A DNA stretch of 64,000 bases from Burkholderiales bacterium (GCA_019749945.1 JAIEPF010000024.1:14436-78435), one strand, 5' to 3'; positions 1-9,699 are shown, counted from the stretch's first letter. Numbers and translations: made by a program. Notes: generated by a model from the sequence alone, not told the origin.

Positions 1-545
1 GCGCTGATCCAGAACAGGCGGTGCTGCTGGTCGAACAGCGCGATCAGCGCCGCGCCCAGCGCCGGACCCAGCACCTGGCCGATCAGACCGCCGGTCTGCG
101 CCAGGGCCACCACACCGCCGATACGCTGTGGTGGTGTATTGGCCACCAGCAGCGAAACCCCGGCCGGCGTAAACCCGTTGAACACCGCGACCAGCATCAG
201 CAGCGCGGCAAAAGTCAGCGGCGTTTCGGCAAACGGCATCAGCAGCATCGCAACACCGATGCCCAGCATCGCGCGCAGCACCATCAGCTTGCGCCCGTAA
301 TGGTCGGCAATGCCACCCCAGATCGGGCTCACCGCAAAACTGACCAGGTAAAATACCATCAGCATGTAACCGACCCAGGTCTCGAGGTTCTCGCGCACAC
401 CGAGCCCGCGCACCATCAGCGGCACGAACGGCCACACCAGGTTGAAACCCAGGCCGCAGATCAGGTTGGCGAGCGGCATCACCAGCCGGTTGCGACGCCA
501 GTACGGATACCGCTTCGATTCGTCGTCGGAAATATGGATGCTCAT
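1..545 (-). CDS. MFS transporter, N-terminal part (gene continues beyond window start)
   Basis: Reverse translation from ATG (rc of cat 543-545) gives MSIHISDDESKRYPYWRRNRLVMPLANLICGLGFNLVWPFVPLMVRGLG..., hydrophobic MFS-like helices. The + ORF 21..563 is its antisense shadow. Confidence 0.7.
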   Translation of the reverse strand, partial: MSIHISDDESKRYPYWRRNRLVMPLANLICGLGFNLVWPFVPLMVRGLGVRENLETWVGYMLMVFYLVSFAVSPIWGGIADHYGRKLMVLRAMLGIGVAMLLMPFAETPLTFAALLMLVAVFNGFTPAGVSLLVANTPPQRIGGVVALAQTGGLIGQVLGPALGAALIALFDQQHRLFWIS

Positions 546-588
546 GAAAACAGCAAACGGTGATTACGGGAGCGCCTGCCCGGCTCCG

Positions 589-614
589 TGGAGTTCTCAG
601 GATTCAGTGGACAC
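589..614. repeat. IS3-type terminal inverted repeat (left in window)
   Basis: tggagttctcaggattcagtggacac pairs with the reverse complement of 1550..1575 (tggagttcccaagatttagtggacac). Confidence 0.75.
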
Positions 615-1512
615 GCTTGCGATCCCGTTTGGCCGCCGTTTCGAACTCCTCCGGGCTGACTCCACCCAAGTAGCTGTGGCGACGCGTTCGATTGTAAAAC
701 GATTCGATATAGTCAGAGATATCCACCCGTGCAATCTCCCGGCTCTTGTAGATTCGTTTCTTGATACGCTCTTTCTTCAAGCTACTGAAGAAAGACTCTG
801 CAACCGCATTGTCCCAGCAATTGCCCCGTCGACTCATGCTGGGCTCCAAGTGATTGGTTCGACAAAAGCGTCGCCAGTCGTCGCTGCCGTACTGCGAACC
901 TTGGTCGGAGTGAATAATGGCTTGAACTGGATGCCTTTGCCGCACAGCCATCAGGACAGCATCAAGAACAAGTTCGCGACCTATCGTCGGCTTCGTAGAC
1001 CATCCAATGTTCTTACGGGAGAAAAGATCCATCACAACGGCAAGATAGAGCCATCCCTTCCACGTTCGGATATAGGTAATGTCCGTAACCCAAGACTTAT
1101 TTGGGCTGGAAACATTGACATTTCTCTCTAGGACATTTGGCGTTAGCGCAGAAGGTTTCTTTGTCGAGGAGTATCTGGTGCGATAGCCGTACCGTGCGCG
1201 GATGTTATTGACGCGCATGATTCGTGCGACGCGATGCTTACTGCAAGTCTCGCCGGCTTCACGCAAATCGAGGAACACGCGCGGTGCGCCGTAAACCCCG
1301 TGACTTGCCACAAATGACGCACGGATCAAGCGAAGGAGTCGTGCATCCTCCTGCGCACGACGGGAAACTGGTGCCCGCAGCCATTCGTAATAGCCGCTGC
1401 GGGCCACCCCAAGCAATCGGCTCATCGACTCAATGCTATTGAGATGTTGGTTCTCTTTGATGAACTCATAAATGCGACGAACCTTCCTGGAATTTACCTG
1501 CGTAGTGACCAT
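604..1512 (-). CDS. IS3 family transposase OrfB (HTH_21 + rve/DDE integrase core)
   Basis: 302 aa. Contains SGYYEWLRAP, WVTDITYI, HSDQGSQY and NCWDNAVAESFF motifs typical of IS3 OrfB. AAGGA lies upstream of the ATG. Confidence 0.9.
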   Translation of the reverse strand: MVTTQVNSRKVRRIYEFIKENQHLNSIESMSRLLGVARSGYYEWLRAPVSRRAQEDARLLRLIRASFVASHGVYGAPRVFLDLREAGETCSKHRVARIMRVNNIRARYGYRTRYSSTKKPSALTPNVLERNVNVSSPNKSWVTDITYIRTWKGWLYLAVVMDLFSRKNIGWSTKPTIGRELVLDAVLMAVRQRHPVQAIIHSDQGSQYGSDDWRRFCRTNHLEPSMSRRGNCWDNAVAESFFSSLKKERIKKRIYKSREIARVDISDYIESFYNRTRRHSYLGGVSPEEFETAAKRDRKRVH

Positions 1513-1549
1513 TGACGTTCCTTATGAATTGCTCAATTCATGTTAACGT

Positions 1550-1575
1550 GTGTCCACTAAATCTTGGGAACTCCA
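1550..1575. repeat. IS3-type terminal inverted repeat (right in window)
   Basis: gtgtccactaaatcttgggaactcca, partner of 589..614. Confidence 0.75.
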
Positions 1576-1739
1576 ATAAGCGGGTAATGCGTGACCGTTT
1601 TCAAGACATAGCCGAACTACAGTGATTGAGACTCGACGTCTAAAAGCAGACGTTCGCTATCGCTTGCCGAGTGTGCTGGCGACCGACTGTATTGCAGCGA
1701 CTATGCTCAATCAAACATGCAGGCCGGTTAGCTGGCCAG

Positions 1740-2669
1740 TCAGGGCGTGCGTGGCGCATGCCGTGCCATCAGCTCCACGATCCAGTCGATGAACACCCGA
1801 AGCGACTTGCGGGCGTAGCGGTTGGACGGATACGCCACGTAGAGCGGCATCGGGTCAATCCGCCAGTCCGTGAAGAGCTGCACCAGTGCGCCGTTTGCAG
1901 CGTGTTCCTTGGCCATGTATGTGGGCAGCCACAGCACGCCCAGCCCTGAAAGTCCGGCGGTCAGGTAGGCGTTTCCGTCGTCGATCGCCAGCAGGTAGCG
2001 CCCTCCCATCTTCACGCGCTCCTCGCCCTTGGTCATCACATAGGGCAGCTTACCGGCCCAGCGGTAGCGAACGATGCGATGGCGGGGATCGTGCAGTTCA
2101 TCCGGGTGCGAGGGCGTGCCCGCCTCTGCCAGATAGGACGGCGCGGCATACACGCCCAGCTGCAGGTCGCCGACGTGGCGCGCCACCAGCGAACCGTTCT
2201 TGACCTCGCCTCCGCGCACCACGCAATCGACGCTCTCGCCGATCAGGTCGACATTGCGGTCGCTCACGCCCATCTCCAGCTGGATGTCGGGAAAGCGGTC
2301 GTGGAATGCGGGCAGCGCGGGCACCAGGATGATGTTTGCCAAGGGGCTTGGCACATCCACGCGCAGCAGGCCGCGCGGCGCCGAGGGGGCGCCGGGGAGA
2401 TTGGCCTCGATGTCGTCGAGCTCCGCCAGCAGGCGCACCACCCGCTTGTAGTAGGCAGCGCCGTCGGTGGTGATACTGACCCGGCGGGTCGTGCGGTGCA
2501 GCAGCTTGAGTTGCAGGCGCGCCTCCAACTGTTGTACCAGCTGGGTCACCGTGGTCCTGCTCAGGCCCAGGTTGTCGGCCGCCTTCGTGAAGCTGCCCGA
2601 CTCAACCACACGCACAAAAGCCCGCATGCCGTCAAACCTGTCCACTGAAAAGCTCCTTGGATTGTGCAT
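1740..2669 (-). CDS. LysR family transcriptional regulator
   Basis: 309 aa. N-terminal FDGMRAFVRVVESGSFTKAADNLGLSRTTVTQLVQQLEARL HTH followed by a LysR substrate domain. Divergent from the RidA gene. Confidence 0.9.
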   Translation of the reverse strand: MHNPRSFSVDRFDGMRAFVRVVESGSFTKAADNLGLSRTTVTQLVQQLEARLQLKLLHRTTRRVSITTDGAAYYKRVVRLLAELDDIEANLPGAPSAPRGLLRVDVPSPLANIILVPALPAFHDRFPDIQLEMGVSDRNVDLIGESVDCVVRGGEVKNGSLVARHVGDLQLGVYAAPSYLAEAGTPSHPDELHDPRHRIVRYRWAGKLPYVMTKGEERVKMGGRYLLAIDDGNAYLTAGLSGLGVLWLPTYMAKEHAANGALVQLFTDWRIDPMPLYVAYPSNRYARKSLRVFIDWIVELMARHAPRTP

Positions 2670-2748
2670 ATTTTACAAATAATGATGCAGGCGATAGTGG
2701 CTTTATTCAAGCAATCACCAGGGCTACAGTGACTGCACCAACCAACCC

Positions 2749-3153
2749 ATGGAGCCCAAAATGAGCAAGCGCAACGCAGTTTTCCCCGCCGGTCGGCAAG
2801 ACCTCTACACATCGCAGACCTATTCCGCGGCGATCCGATCGGGCGATCTTCTGTTCGTGTCGGGTCAGGTCGGCAGCCGCAGCGACGGCTCGCCCGAGCC
2901 TGAGTTCGAGGCGCAGGTTCGTCTGGCATTCGCTAATCTGGTCGCAACGTTGAAAGCGGGTGGATGTGAGCTCGACGACATCGTCGACGTGACGACCTTC
3001 CATACCGATCCACAGAACCAGTTTGGTACGGTCATGACTGTCAAGGGCGAGGTCTTCCCCAAGGCGCCGTATCCGAACTGGACGGCGGTCGGCGTCAACT
3101 GGCTCGCGGGATTCGACTTTGAGATCAAGGTCATTGCCCGCATTCCCGGCTGA
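2749..3153 (+). CDS. RidA/YjgF family protein
   Basis: 134 aa. AAIRSGDLLFVSGQVG ... DIVDVTTFH ... pattern of the RidA family. The start could be the internal ATG at 2761. Confidence 0.85.
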   Translation: MEPKMSKRNAVFPAGRQDLYTSQTYSAAIRSGDLLFVSGQVGSRSDGSPEPEFEAQVRLAFANLVATLKAGGCELDDIVDVTTFHTDPQNQFGTVMTVKGEVFPKAPYPNWTAVGVNWLAGFDFEIKVIARIPG

Positions 3154-3459
3154 ACGCCGAACAACCGGTATCGGGGCCCGATCGATACAGACCTGTACCA
3201 GGCTCAGGTCGGCCCGGGGCCTCGGTTCAGGATTTGTCGCCAGCGCCGCGTCCATCGCCAGGATGGTGTCGCTGAAGCCGCACTGGGGCGCGCGCATCCG
3301 TCCTGGGACTAGCCGTTACGCGCGGCACCACGCTTCAGGCGGTGCGCATGCTAGCGGCCTGTAAGGCTAACTATTAACCACCTCCAGTTCTATCGACTAT
3401 GGTTTCCTGATGGCAGAACGCCCCACCGTTTACAAGTTGATTTAAGTCCGTTGGTCTAA

Positions 3460-3492
3460 AAACAAAAAAGGGCGGAATCTCCGCCCTTTTTC
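3460..3492. terminator. bidirectional rho-independent terminator
   Basis: A-run, then GGGCGGA-atc-TCCGCCC, then T-run, immediately downstream of the minus-strand hydrolase gene. Confidence 0.6.
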
Positions 3493-3512
3493 TTCGCCCG
3501 CCCCTCTGACGA

Positions 3513-4397
3513 TTAGTCCTTGAAAAAAGTGCTGATCTCTTCGTAAACCATATCCGGCACCTGCTCCGCCGGGTAATGGCCGCAGGGCAAGGGCTTGATG
3601 CGCACGATGTTCGCGGCATATTGCGGCCAGGCCTTGCGCGGGTCGAAATGTTTTTCGGTGTGGCTTTTTTCGCCCCAGTACACCGCCGTCGGGCACTGGA
3701 TCTTGCGTCCGGCATTGAAGTCCTCGGTATCCATCGCCATGTCCACCGACACCGCGGCGCGGTAATCCTCGCACACGCCGTGGATGTTCTCGGCGGTGCA
3801 GACGCGGGCGTATTCCTTCAGCGTCTCCTCGGAGAAACCGCCCTTGCCGATGCCGAGTTTGGTCAGCTTCTGCTTGATGTAGTAATCGTATTTGCCTTCG
3901 ATCAGCTTTTCCGGAATGTCATAGGGCTGCGCCATGAAAAACCAGTGCGAGGAATTGAGCGCCCATTGCCAGGTGGCGTTGCTCAGCATGTGGTGCGTGG
4001 GCAGGATGTCGAAGCTGGCGAATTTTTTGATCTTGTCCGGATGGTCGAGCGCCATGCGGAAGGCGGTGCGCGCGCCACGGTCGTGTCCGGCGACGCAGAA
4101 ATTGTCAAAACCCAGATGCGCCATGACATCGATCTGGTCCTGCCCCATGCGGCGGAAGGAATAATTGCTGTGGTCGGGCAGACCGCGCGGCTTGCCGCTG
4201 TCGCCGTAACCGCGGAGGTCGGTGACCACGACGGTAAAGTCTTTCGCCAGCCGCGGCGCGACCAGGTGCCAGTGCACATGGGTCAGCGGATTGCCATGGA
4301 TCAGCAGGATGGGCGGGCCATTGCCGCCGTAACGCAGATTGATTTTGACTTCGGGATCGGTGGTCTGGACCTGGACATGTTTAAAACCCTCGAACAC
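3513..4397 (-). CDS. alpha/beta hydrolase, haloacetate (fluoroacetate) dehalogenase-like
   Basis: ILLIHGNPLTHVHW, GHDRGARTAFR and a C-terminal HY motif. I prefer the GTG at 4397 (AAGGAG 7 nt upstream, 294 aa) over the ORF-track start at 4493. Confidence 0.8.
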   Translation of the reverse strand: MFEGFKHVQVQTTDPEVKINLRYGGNGPPILLIHGNPLTHVHWHLVAPRLAKDFTVVVTDLRGYGDSGKPRGLPDHSNYSFRRMGQDQIDVMAHLGFDNFCVAGHDRGARTAFRMALDHPDKIKKFASFDILPTHHMLSNATWQWALNSSHWFFMAQPYDIPEKLIEGKYDYYIKQKLTKLGIGKGGFSEETLKEYARVCTAENIHGVCEDYRAAVSVDMAMDTEDFNAGRKIQCPTAVYWGEKSHTEKHFDPRKAWPQYAANIVRIKPLPCGHYPAEQVPDMVYEEISTFFKD

Positions 4398-4598
4398 GGC
4401 ATTACTCCTTGATGAACAAGCCCCGATGCTACCGCACCACTGCCATTCGCGTTTGCCGCATGCCGCGATATGGACAGACGCGTTGCAAGTCACCGGTAAA
4501 TCATCACATCTTGCGTGCTAACATCGGCGCGTTTTCCGCCGCAATACGGCAGCAAGCGGCGGCATCGTGACTGCGAATTGCAGTGCAGCAGAAGCAGT

Positions 4599-4636
4599 CA
4601 TAAAAATATCAATAAAATCAATTATTTATAATAATT
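4599..4636 (+). repeat. AT-rich dispersed element, copy E1
   Basis: cataaaaatatcaataaaatcaattatttataataatt (3 G/C in 38 nt). Matches rc of copy E7 at 34/40 positions. Ends 20 nt before the SMP-30 gene ATG. Confidence 0.8.
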
Positions 4637-4656
4637 CCTAGAGGGATCATCGCGTC

Positions 4657-5586
4657 ATGTTCAATCCGTTCAAACCGCTGGAACACATCCACGCCGAAGT
4701 CTTCACCTCCATGCCCGGAAAATTCCGCAAAAAAAGCCGCAGCAGCTGGTCGGATCCGAATCGCCAGAATGCGGAAGTGGAATGTTTCCTTGAGGCCCCC
4801 GCTTTCGACCGCGCCGGCAACCTGTTTGTCTGCGACATCCCCTTCGGCCGCATTTTCCGCATCACACCCAAGGGCGACTGGGATCTGGTGATCCAGTATG
4901 ACGGCTGGCCCAACGGCATGAAGTTCCACAAGGACGGCCGCCTGTTCATCTGCGATTACAAGGAAGGCCTGCTCACGCTGGACGTGAAGACCGGCAAGCT
5001 GGAAAACCTGCTGCGCACCGCGTACAGCGAAAGTTTCAAGGGCCTGAACGACCTGCATTTCGCATCGAACGGCGACCTCTATTTCACCGACCAGGGCCAG
5101 ACCGGCATCGCCGACCCGACCGGTCGCGTGTTCCGCCTCAAAGCCAACGGTGAGCTGCGCCGCCTGCTCGAGAACGGCCCCAGCCCCAACGGCATCACGC
5201 TGTCGACCACGGAAAAACATGTCTATGTCGGTATGACGCGTTCGAACTCGGTGTGGCGCCTGCCGCTGATGGCTGACGGCTCGGTGTCCAAAACCGGCCT
5301 CGCGATCCAGCTCTCCGGCGGCGTTGCCGGACCCGACGGCATCGAGATGGACGGTGAAAACGGTTTGCTGGTGTGCCAGCTCGGCGTGGGCATCTGGCGT
5401 TTCGATGCCAACATGCTGCCGACGCACCTCATTTCGTCGAAAAGCCACGACAAGCATCACCACCTCGACAACGTCGCCTTCGGCGGCCCCGACCACAAAC
5501 AGATTTTCATCACCGAAGCGCTGTCCGGCGATGTGCTGACGGCGAAGGTGCCCTTCGCCGGCAAAAAAATGTACGGCCACCAGTAA
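4657..5586 (+). CDS. SMP-30/gluconolactonase/LRE family lactonase
   Basis: 309 aa. Beta-propeller lactonase pattern (EAPAFDRAGNLFVCD, PNGM, NDLHF, PNGI, PDGIEMD). Confidence 0.9.
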   Translation: MFNPFKPLEHIHAEVFTSMPGKFRKKSRSSWSDPNRQNAEVECFLEAPAFDRAGNLFVCDIPFGRIFRITPKGDWDLVIQYDGWPNGMKFHKDGRLFICDYKEGLLTLDVKTGKLENLLRTAYSESFKGLNDLHFASNGDLYFTDQGQTGIADPTGRVFRLKANGELRRLLENGPSPNGITLSTTEKHVYVGMTRSNSVWRLPLMADGSVSKTGLAIQLSGGVAGPDGIEMDGENGLLVCQLGVGIWRFDANMLPTHLISSKSHDKHHHLDNVAFGGPDHKQIFITEALSGDVLTAKVPFAGKKMYGHQ

Positions 5587-5597
5587 GCCGGCTGTGC

Positions 5598-5634
5598 AAA
5601 AAAAACGGCGCACTCCCGGAGTGCGCCGTTTTGT
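5598..5634. terminator. bidirectional rho-independent terminator
   Basis: A-run, 11-bp stem ACGGCGCACTC / GAGTGCGCCGT with a 3-nt loop, then T-run, between convergent genes. Confidence 0.75.
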
Positions 5635-5651
5635 TGTGCCGGGTCTACAGC

Positions 5652-6770
5652 TCAGTGCGCCATCGTCAGGCTGTAGCGCGCAAGCTTCTCTTCGTCGAGA
5701 TCAATGCCCAGCCCGGGGCCTGATGGCAGGTCTATGCTGCCGCGGCTGATATCGAGCCGGGTCGTGGCCACGGTATCGACCACTTTCAGCGGCCCCACGC
5801 ATTCCAGTCCAGCCAGGACATTGCGCGAGGTGGCGGCGAGCATGATCTCCGCCGTCGTGCTGAGATCGAGTCCGAAACCGTGGCCCAGTACAACGGGCAG
5901 ACCTGCCGCCTCCGCGGTGGCCAGCATGCGCGAGGCCTGTAAAAAACCGCCGGCCTGCTTGATGCCGAACTTCACGTAGTCGGCGCAGTCCGCCTTGATC
6001 ACCCGGATCAGGCTTTGGTGATCGCTGATGGATTCGTCGGCCATGACGGGAATGCCGCCTTCCCGCCGAACCCGCGCCAGGCCCGCAAGATCGTCCCTGG
6101 GCGTCGGCTGCTCGAACAATTGCATATCGCAGGATTTGACGGCGCGGCACAAGGCCAGCGCCTGCTCCACGGTGCATTGCATGTTGGCGTCCATGCGCAG
6201 CTTCATGCCTTTGCCGACAGCATCCCGCACCGCCATCACCCGGGCGCTGTCCTTGCCGACATCGTTGCCGACCTTGATTTTCAGCGACTGGAATCCGGCG
6301 TCCTGCCAGCGCTTCGCTTCGGCCGCCGCCGCATCCGGCGGCAGCTCCCCGACCCAGCCGTTGAACAGCAGCCGGTCATGGACAGCGCCGCCGATGTAAT
6401 CGTACAGGGCGATGCCCCCGCGCCGGCAGACGAGCTCAATGCAAGCCAGTTCCACGCCCACCACAGCACCGGGCTGCAATGGCGTCAGCTTCGAGGCGAT
6501 CTCGACGATGCGGTTGACCTGACCCGGATCCTTCCCGATCAGGGCCGGAGCAATACGCTCACGAATGGCTGCGGCCAGCTCCGGACCGGTGTGCGGCGAC
6601 TTGGCGGTGGACGAGGGATCGATGCTGCTGATGCCGATCGCACCGTCAGCAGCCGTGACCCGCACCACAACACATTTGGTGACATTCTTGGAGACACCGC
6701 CGCTGGTAAAGGTGCCCACCAGAGGCATGCCGATGCTGAACACCTCGATTTTGCTGATCGTTGCAGTCAT
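5652..6770 (-). CDS. enolase-superfamily enzyme (mandelate racemase / muconate lactonizing / dipeptide-epimerase-like)
   Basis: 372 aa. KIKVG, LRMDAN, LFEQP and ADES motifs of the MR/MLE fold. Confidence 0.9.
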   Translation of the reverse strand: MTATISKIEVFSIGMPLVGTFTSGGVSKNVTKCVVVRVTAADGAIGISSIDPSSTAKSPHTGPELAAAIRERIAPALIGKDPGQVNRIVEIASKLTPLQPGAVVGVELACIELVCRRGGIALYDYIGGAVHDRLLFNGWVGELPPDAAAAEAKRWQDAGFQSLKIKVGNDVGKDSARVMAVRDAVGKGMKLRMDANMQCTVEQALALCRAVKSCDMQLFEQPTPRDDLAGLARVRREGGIPVMADESISDHQSLIRVIKADCADYVKFGIKQAGGFLQASRMLATAEAAGLPVVLGHGFGLDLSTTAEIMLAATSRNVLAGLECVGPLKVVDTVATTRLDISRGSIDLPSGPGLGIDLDEEKLARYSLTMAH

Positions 6771-6832
6771 TGCGGATCTGTTCCGTTATCTGATTGAAGA
6801 ATAATATGCAAATTCAGCGCGGCCTGAATGCC

Positions 6833-7795
6833 TCAACTGCCGCCAAGCCCGGTCTCCCGGATCAGCTTGCCCCACATCCGGACTTCATTCTGGATATGGA
6901 TACCGAATTCCTGCGGTGTGTTGCCGACCAGTTCGGAACCTTCCTTTTCCATGCGCGCGCGCACTTCCGGGTCGGCGACTACGGCTTTGACCTGCTGGTG
7001 GAGAAACTGCACCACCGGCTGCGGCGTCCTTAGTGGCGCCACGAGGCCGTACCAGTTGCCGACATCGAAGCCCGGCAAGGTCTCCGCAATCGCCGGCAGA
7101 TTGGGAAAAGCCTCCGCACGTTTGAGCGTGGTCACTGCAATACCCCTGATGCGGCCGGAAGTCATGTGCGGACGAGCACCCAGGGGATTCAGGAACGCAA
7201 GCTGCACCTGCCCGGCAGCCAGTTCGACCATGACCTGCCCGCCGCCCTTGTACGGCACATGGACCATGGAAATGCCGGCGCGCTGGGACAGCAGCGTTCC
7301 CGCGAGATGCTGCATGCCGCCGGTGGCCGAAGAACCATAGTTCAGGACGCCGGGCTTGGCCTTTGCCAGCGCGATCAGCTCGGGTATCGATTTCACGGGC
7401 ACGGCATTGGCCACCAGCACCACATAAGGCTGCTGAGTCACCTGCGAAATGGGTGCAAAGTCACGCGCCATGTCGTACGGCAGATCCTTGTGCATCGTAC
7501 TGCTTGCGGTGGTGCTGCCCGAAATCATCGTCAGGGTATATCCGTCGGGCGCAGCCTGCTTGGTGGTCTCCATCGCGATCCGGCCTCCGGCGCCCGGCCG
7601 GTTGTCGACCACAAACTGCTGCCCTGTGCGTTCCGACAGCTTCTGTGCCACGGCCCGGGCCACAAGATCTGTCCCTCCGCCGGCCACAAACGGCACCAGC
7701 ATGCGCACCGGCCTGGCGGGATACTGCTGCGCCGCTGCGGGCAGCGTGCAGGCGAGCCCCGCGCAAAGCATCAGAACCGTATATGCCGTCCTCAA
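6833..7795 (-). CDS. Bug family (TctC-like) tripartite tricarboxylate transporter substrate-binding protein
   Basis: 320 aa. Signal peptide plus YPARPVRMLVPF.AGGGTD and VVDNRPGAGG signature. Confidence 0.9.
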   Translation of the reverse strand: MRTAYTVLMLCAGLACTLPAAAQQYPARPVRMLVPFVAGGGTDLVARAVAQKLSERTGQQFVVDNRPGAGGRIAMETTKQAAPDGYTLTMISGSTTASSTMHKDLPYDMARDFAPISQVTQQPYVVLVANAVPVKSIPELIALAKAKPGVLNYGSSATGGMQHLAGTLLSQRAGISMVHVPYKGGGQVMVELAAGQVQLAFLNPLGARPHMTSGRIRGIAVTTLKRAEAFPNLPAIAETLPGFDVGNWYGLVAPLRTPQPVVQFLHQQVKAVVADPEVRARMEKEGSELVGNTPQEFGIHIQNEVRMWGKLIRETGLGGS

Positions 7796-7856
7796 AACAT
7801 CCTCCTCGAACTTTCTGCTTGCAGGAACATGAACATGTGCCGACGCCGGCGCCGGC

Positions 7857-8618
7857 TTAAGACTGCGGATTCAGTGTTGATTTAAGTTCATTCCCCTTTA
7901 TCCGCGCCAGCCTGCACTCCAGGGAGTGGCTGACATGCGACCGGGCAAGCAACTCCGCGCCTGCGTCATCCCGCGCCTCGATCGCCTCAAGGATGGCGAG
8001 ATGCTGCAGATGCGCAGCACGGGCATGCGGCTCATCGAGCAGATTGGAATCCCCGAGCAGCGGAATCAGCGAGTACACCGCCGCGATCGCCTTTTTCAGA
8101 AACTGGTTGCGCGCGGCCTCAAGAATGAGGTCGTGGAACTGCCGGTTCAGCGGGATCAGCGCGGCAGGGTTGCCCAGCACCTCCGCTTCCCGCCCGAGCA
8201 CTTCGCGCAGGGCGGCGATTTCGGACCCGGTGGCGCGTAATGCGCAAGCCGCCGCTGCGGCGGGCTCCAGCAGTTCCCGCACCGCGAACATCTGCTGCAT
8301 GTCCTCGGCATCGAGCCGCATCACCAGCGCGCCGCGGAAGGGCTGATTCAGCAGCAGGCCCTCGCTTTCCAGCCTGCGCATCGCTTCGCGCACGGGGGTG
8401 CGGCTCATGCCCAGCCAGCCGGCAAGCTCCATTTCGGTGAGGTGCGCGCCGGTGGGTACCCGCCCTTCGCGGATGGCGCGGCGGATTTCATCGCAGGCCA
8501 CTTCGGCCAGAGAACGCCCGTCACCCGCCGCCGGCATGCGCCGCGCGGCAATGCGCTCCAGGGCGCCCTCGTCCGGCGCAGTCCTCGAAGGCTTCCTGGT
8601 TCTGGCGCGCGTAGCCAT
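7857..8618 (-). CDS. GntR family (FCD-type) transcriptional regulator
   Basis: 253 aa. wHTH LTEMELAGWLGMSRTPVREAMRRLESEGLL followed by an FCD-like helical domain. Confidence 0.9.
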   Translation of the reverse strand: MATRARTRKPSRTAPDEGALERIAARRMPAAGDGRSLAEVACDEIRRAIREGRVPTGAHLTEMELAGWLGMSRTPVREAMRRLESEGLLLNQPFRGALVMRLDAEDMQQMFAVRELLEPAAAAACALRATGSEIAALREVLGREAEVLGNPAALIPLNRQFHDLILEAARNQFLKKAIAAVYSLIPLLGDSNLLDEPHARAAHLQHLAILEAIEARDDAGAELLARSHVSHSLECRLARIKGNELKSTLNPQS

Positions 8619-8621
8619 CGC

Positions 8622-9569
8622 TTATGCCGGGATAACGGCTTCGCCGTTGATCACGGTGCGGTGCATGACACGGGCTTGCGTCGAGTCGACCTCCGAACGG
8701 TAATGCATCGCACAGCGGTTGTCCCAGAGGATGACGTCGCCGACCTGCCACACGTGTTTCCAGGCATATTTTTCCTGGGTTGCGTGCGCCCACAGCTTGT
8801 CGAGCAGCGCCTCGCTGTCTGCGTTGGACATGCCGATGATGTAGTTCGACGGCCAGTCGCGCCGCCGCCCCAGGTACAGGGCAGGTTTGCCGGTCGCCGG
8901 ATGGATGCGCACCAGCGGATGCGCCGGCCCCGGCACTTCCTCGGGCGTCGTCGGCATTTTCACCGTCGGGCGCAACACGCCGGCGCTGTTGCGGCTGGCG
9001 TCATGGATCTGCATGCGGCCCTTGATCGCCGCCTTCAGGTCGGCGGGCAGGTCTTCATAGGCTTTGTACTGGTTGTTGAACCAGGTATCACCGCCGCCGT
9101 TGGTCGGGATCACGATTGAATACAGCATGCTGCCGGCCGGCGGCACCGCGACATAGGAATTGTCGCTGTGCCAGACCACTTCGTAGCTGCCCAGCCCGCC
9201 ATTATCCCTGACCGGGTTGCCGCCCTCATCGAGATTGCTGATCAGCGACAGATGCGGATGCAAGGGCACCATCCTGCCGCCGATCCTGTAACCGCCGGCC
9301 ACCTGGTACTTGCGCGCAGCCGGTTCCTTGGTGATGCCGAAAATACCCGCCGCTGCCAGAAACGCCTCGTCGGGCAGCGTTTGTTTGCGCCAGAACAAGA
9401 CCAGATGATCGTACCAGGCCCGGCGCAGCAGCTCGCGTGTCGCATCCGGAATTGGCTGCGCCAGATCGACACCGCGAATTTCCGCGCCGAGCGCGGCTCC
9501 GCTGGGTATGACCTGCACCTGCTCCGGGCTGTTCACGGCATTTTTCGCCATGCGTTGCGCTGCTTCCAT
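8622..9569 (-). CDS. TauD/TfdA family Fe(II)/2-oxoglutarate dioxygenase
   Basis: WHSDNSY (HxD), HDAS and the WDNRCAMH tail. Start chosen at the ATG preceded by GGGAGAG (315 aa). The ORF track extends to 9647. Confidence 0.85.
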   Translation of the reverse strand: MEAAQRMAKNAVNSPEQVQVIPSGAALGAEIRGVDLAQPIPDATRELLRRAWYDHLVLFWRKQTLPDEAFLAAAGIFGITKEPAARKYQVAGGYRIGGRMVPLHPHLSLISNLDEGGNPVRDNGGLGSYEVVWHSDNSYVAVPPAGSMLYSIVIPTNGGGDTWFNNQYKAYEDLPADLKAAIKGRMQIHDASRNSAGVLRPTVKMPTTPEEVPGPAHPLVRIHPATGKPALYLGRRRDWPSNYIIGMSNADSEALLDKLWAHATQEKYAWKHVWQVGDVILWDNRCAMHYRSEVDSTQARVMHRTVINGEAVIPA

Positions 9570-9699
9570 AGTGCTCTCCCTGGTATCCGGTGTTTTTTGT
9601 GCCTGCTGCATTCGTCGAGGATTGTATACAAGGTATACAATCCTCACAAGACCAAGTCATGCTCCTGTGCCCAGTGCAACTGGGTCGATTGTGGAACAG

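Larger units (their letters stand above)
589..1575 (-). mobile_element. IS3-family insertion sequence derivative lacking orfA (987 bp)
   Basis: Imperfect terminal inverted repeats, 23/26 matches, with TG...CA tips, enclose a single OrfB-type transposase gene. Only about 38 bp separate the IR from the ORF start, so there is no room for orfA. Confidence 0.75.

Noticed and set aside
21-563. 180-aa plus-strand ORF at the window start
   Set aside because: His/Gln/Arg-rich nonsense translation. The opposite strand encodes a convincing MFS transporter N-terminus starting at 545.
584-1580. Target-site duplication flanking the IS3-type element
   Set aside because: The flanks (ctccg on one side, ataag on the other) do not match, so no duplication is claimed.
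2660-2700. LysR-type T-N11-A box in the LysR/RidA divergent region (TTGTgcatattttACAA)
   Set aside because: A plausible dyad, but short (4-bp arms) and in an AT-rich promoter region. It is not distinctive enough to annotate as a feature.
3154-3459. About 300 bp without a convincing gene downstream of the RidA gene; possible gene remnant
   Set aside because: Only antisense or short ORFs without motifs or start signals. A pseudogene call cannot be supported from sequence alone.
4618-5613. Long antisense ORFs typical of high-GC DNA, for example 4618..5613(-), 20670..21683(-), 24806..25603(-), 26477..27667(-), 38891..39964(-), 40104..41087(-), 60616..61605(+), 11162..12079(+), 14192..15337(+)
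   Set aside because: Each overlaps a motif-bearing gene on the other strand and translates to Arg/Gly/Ala/His-rich sequence without recognisable domains.
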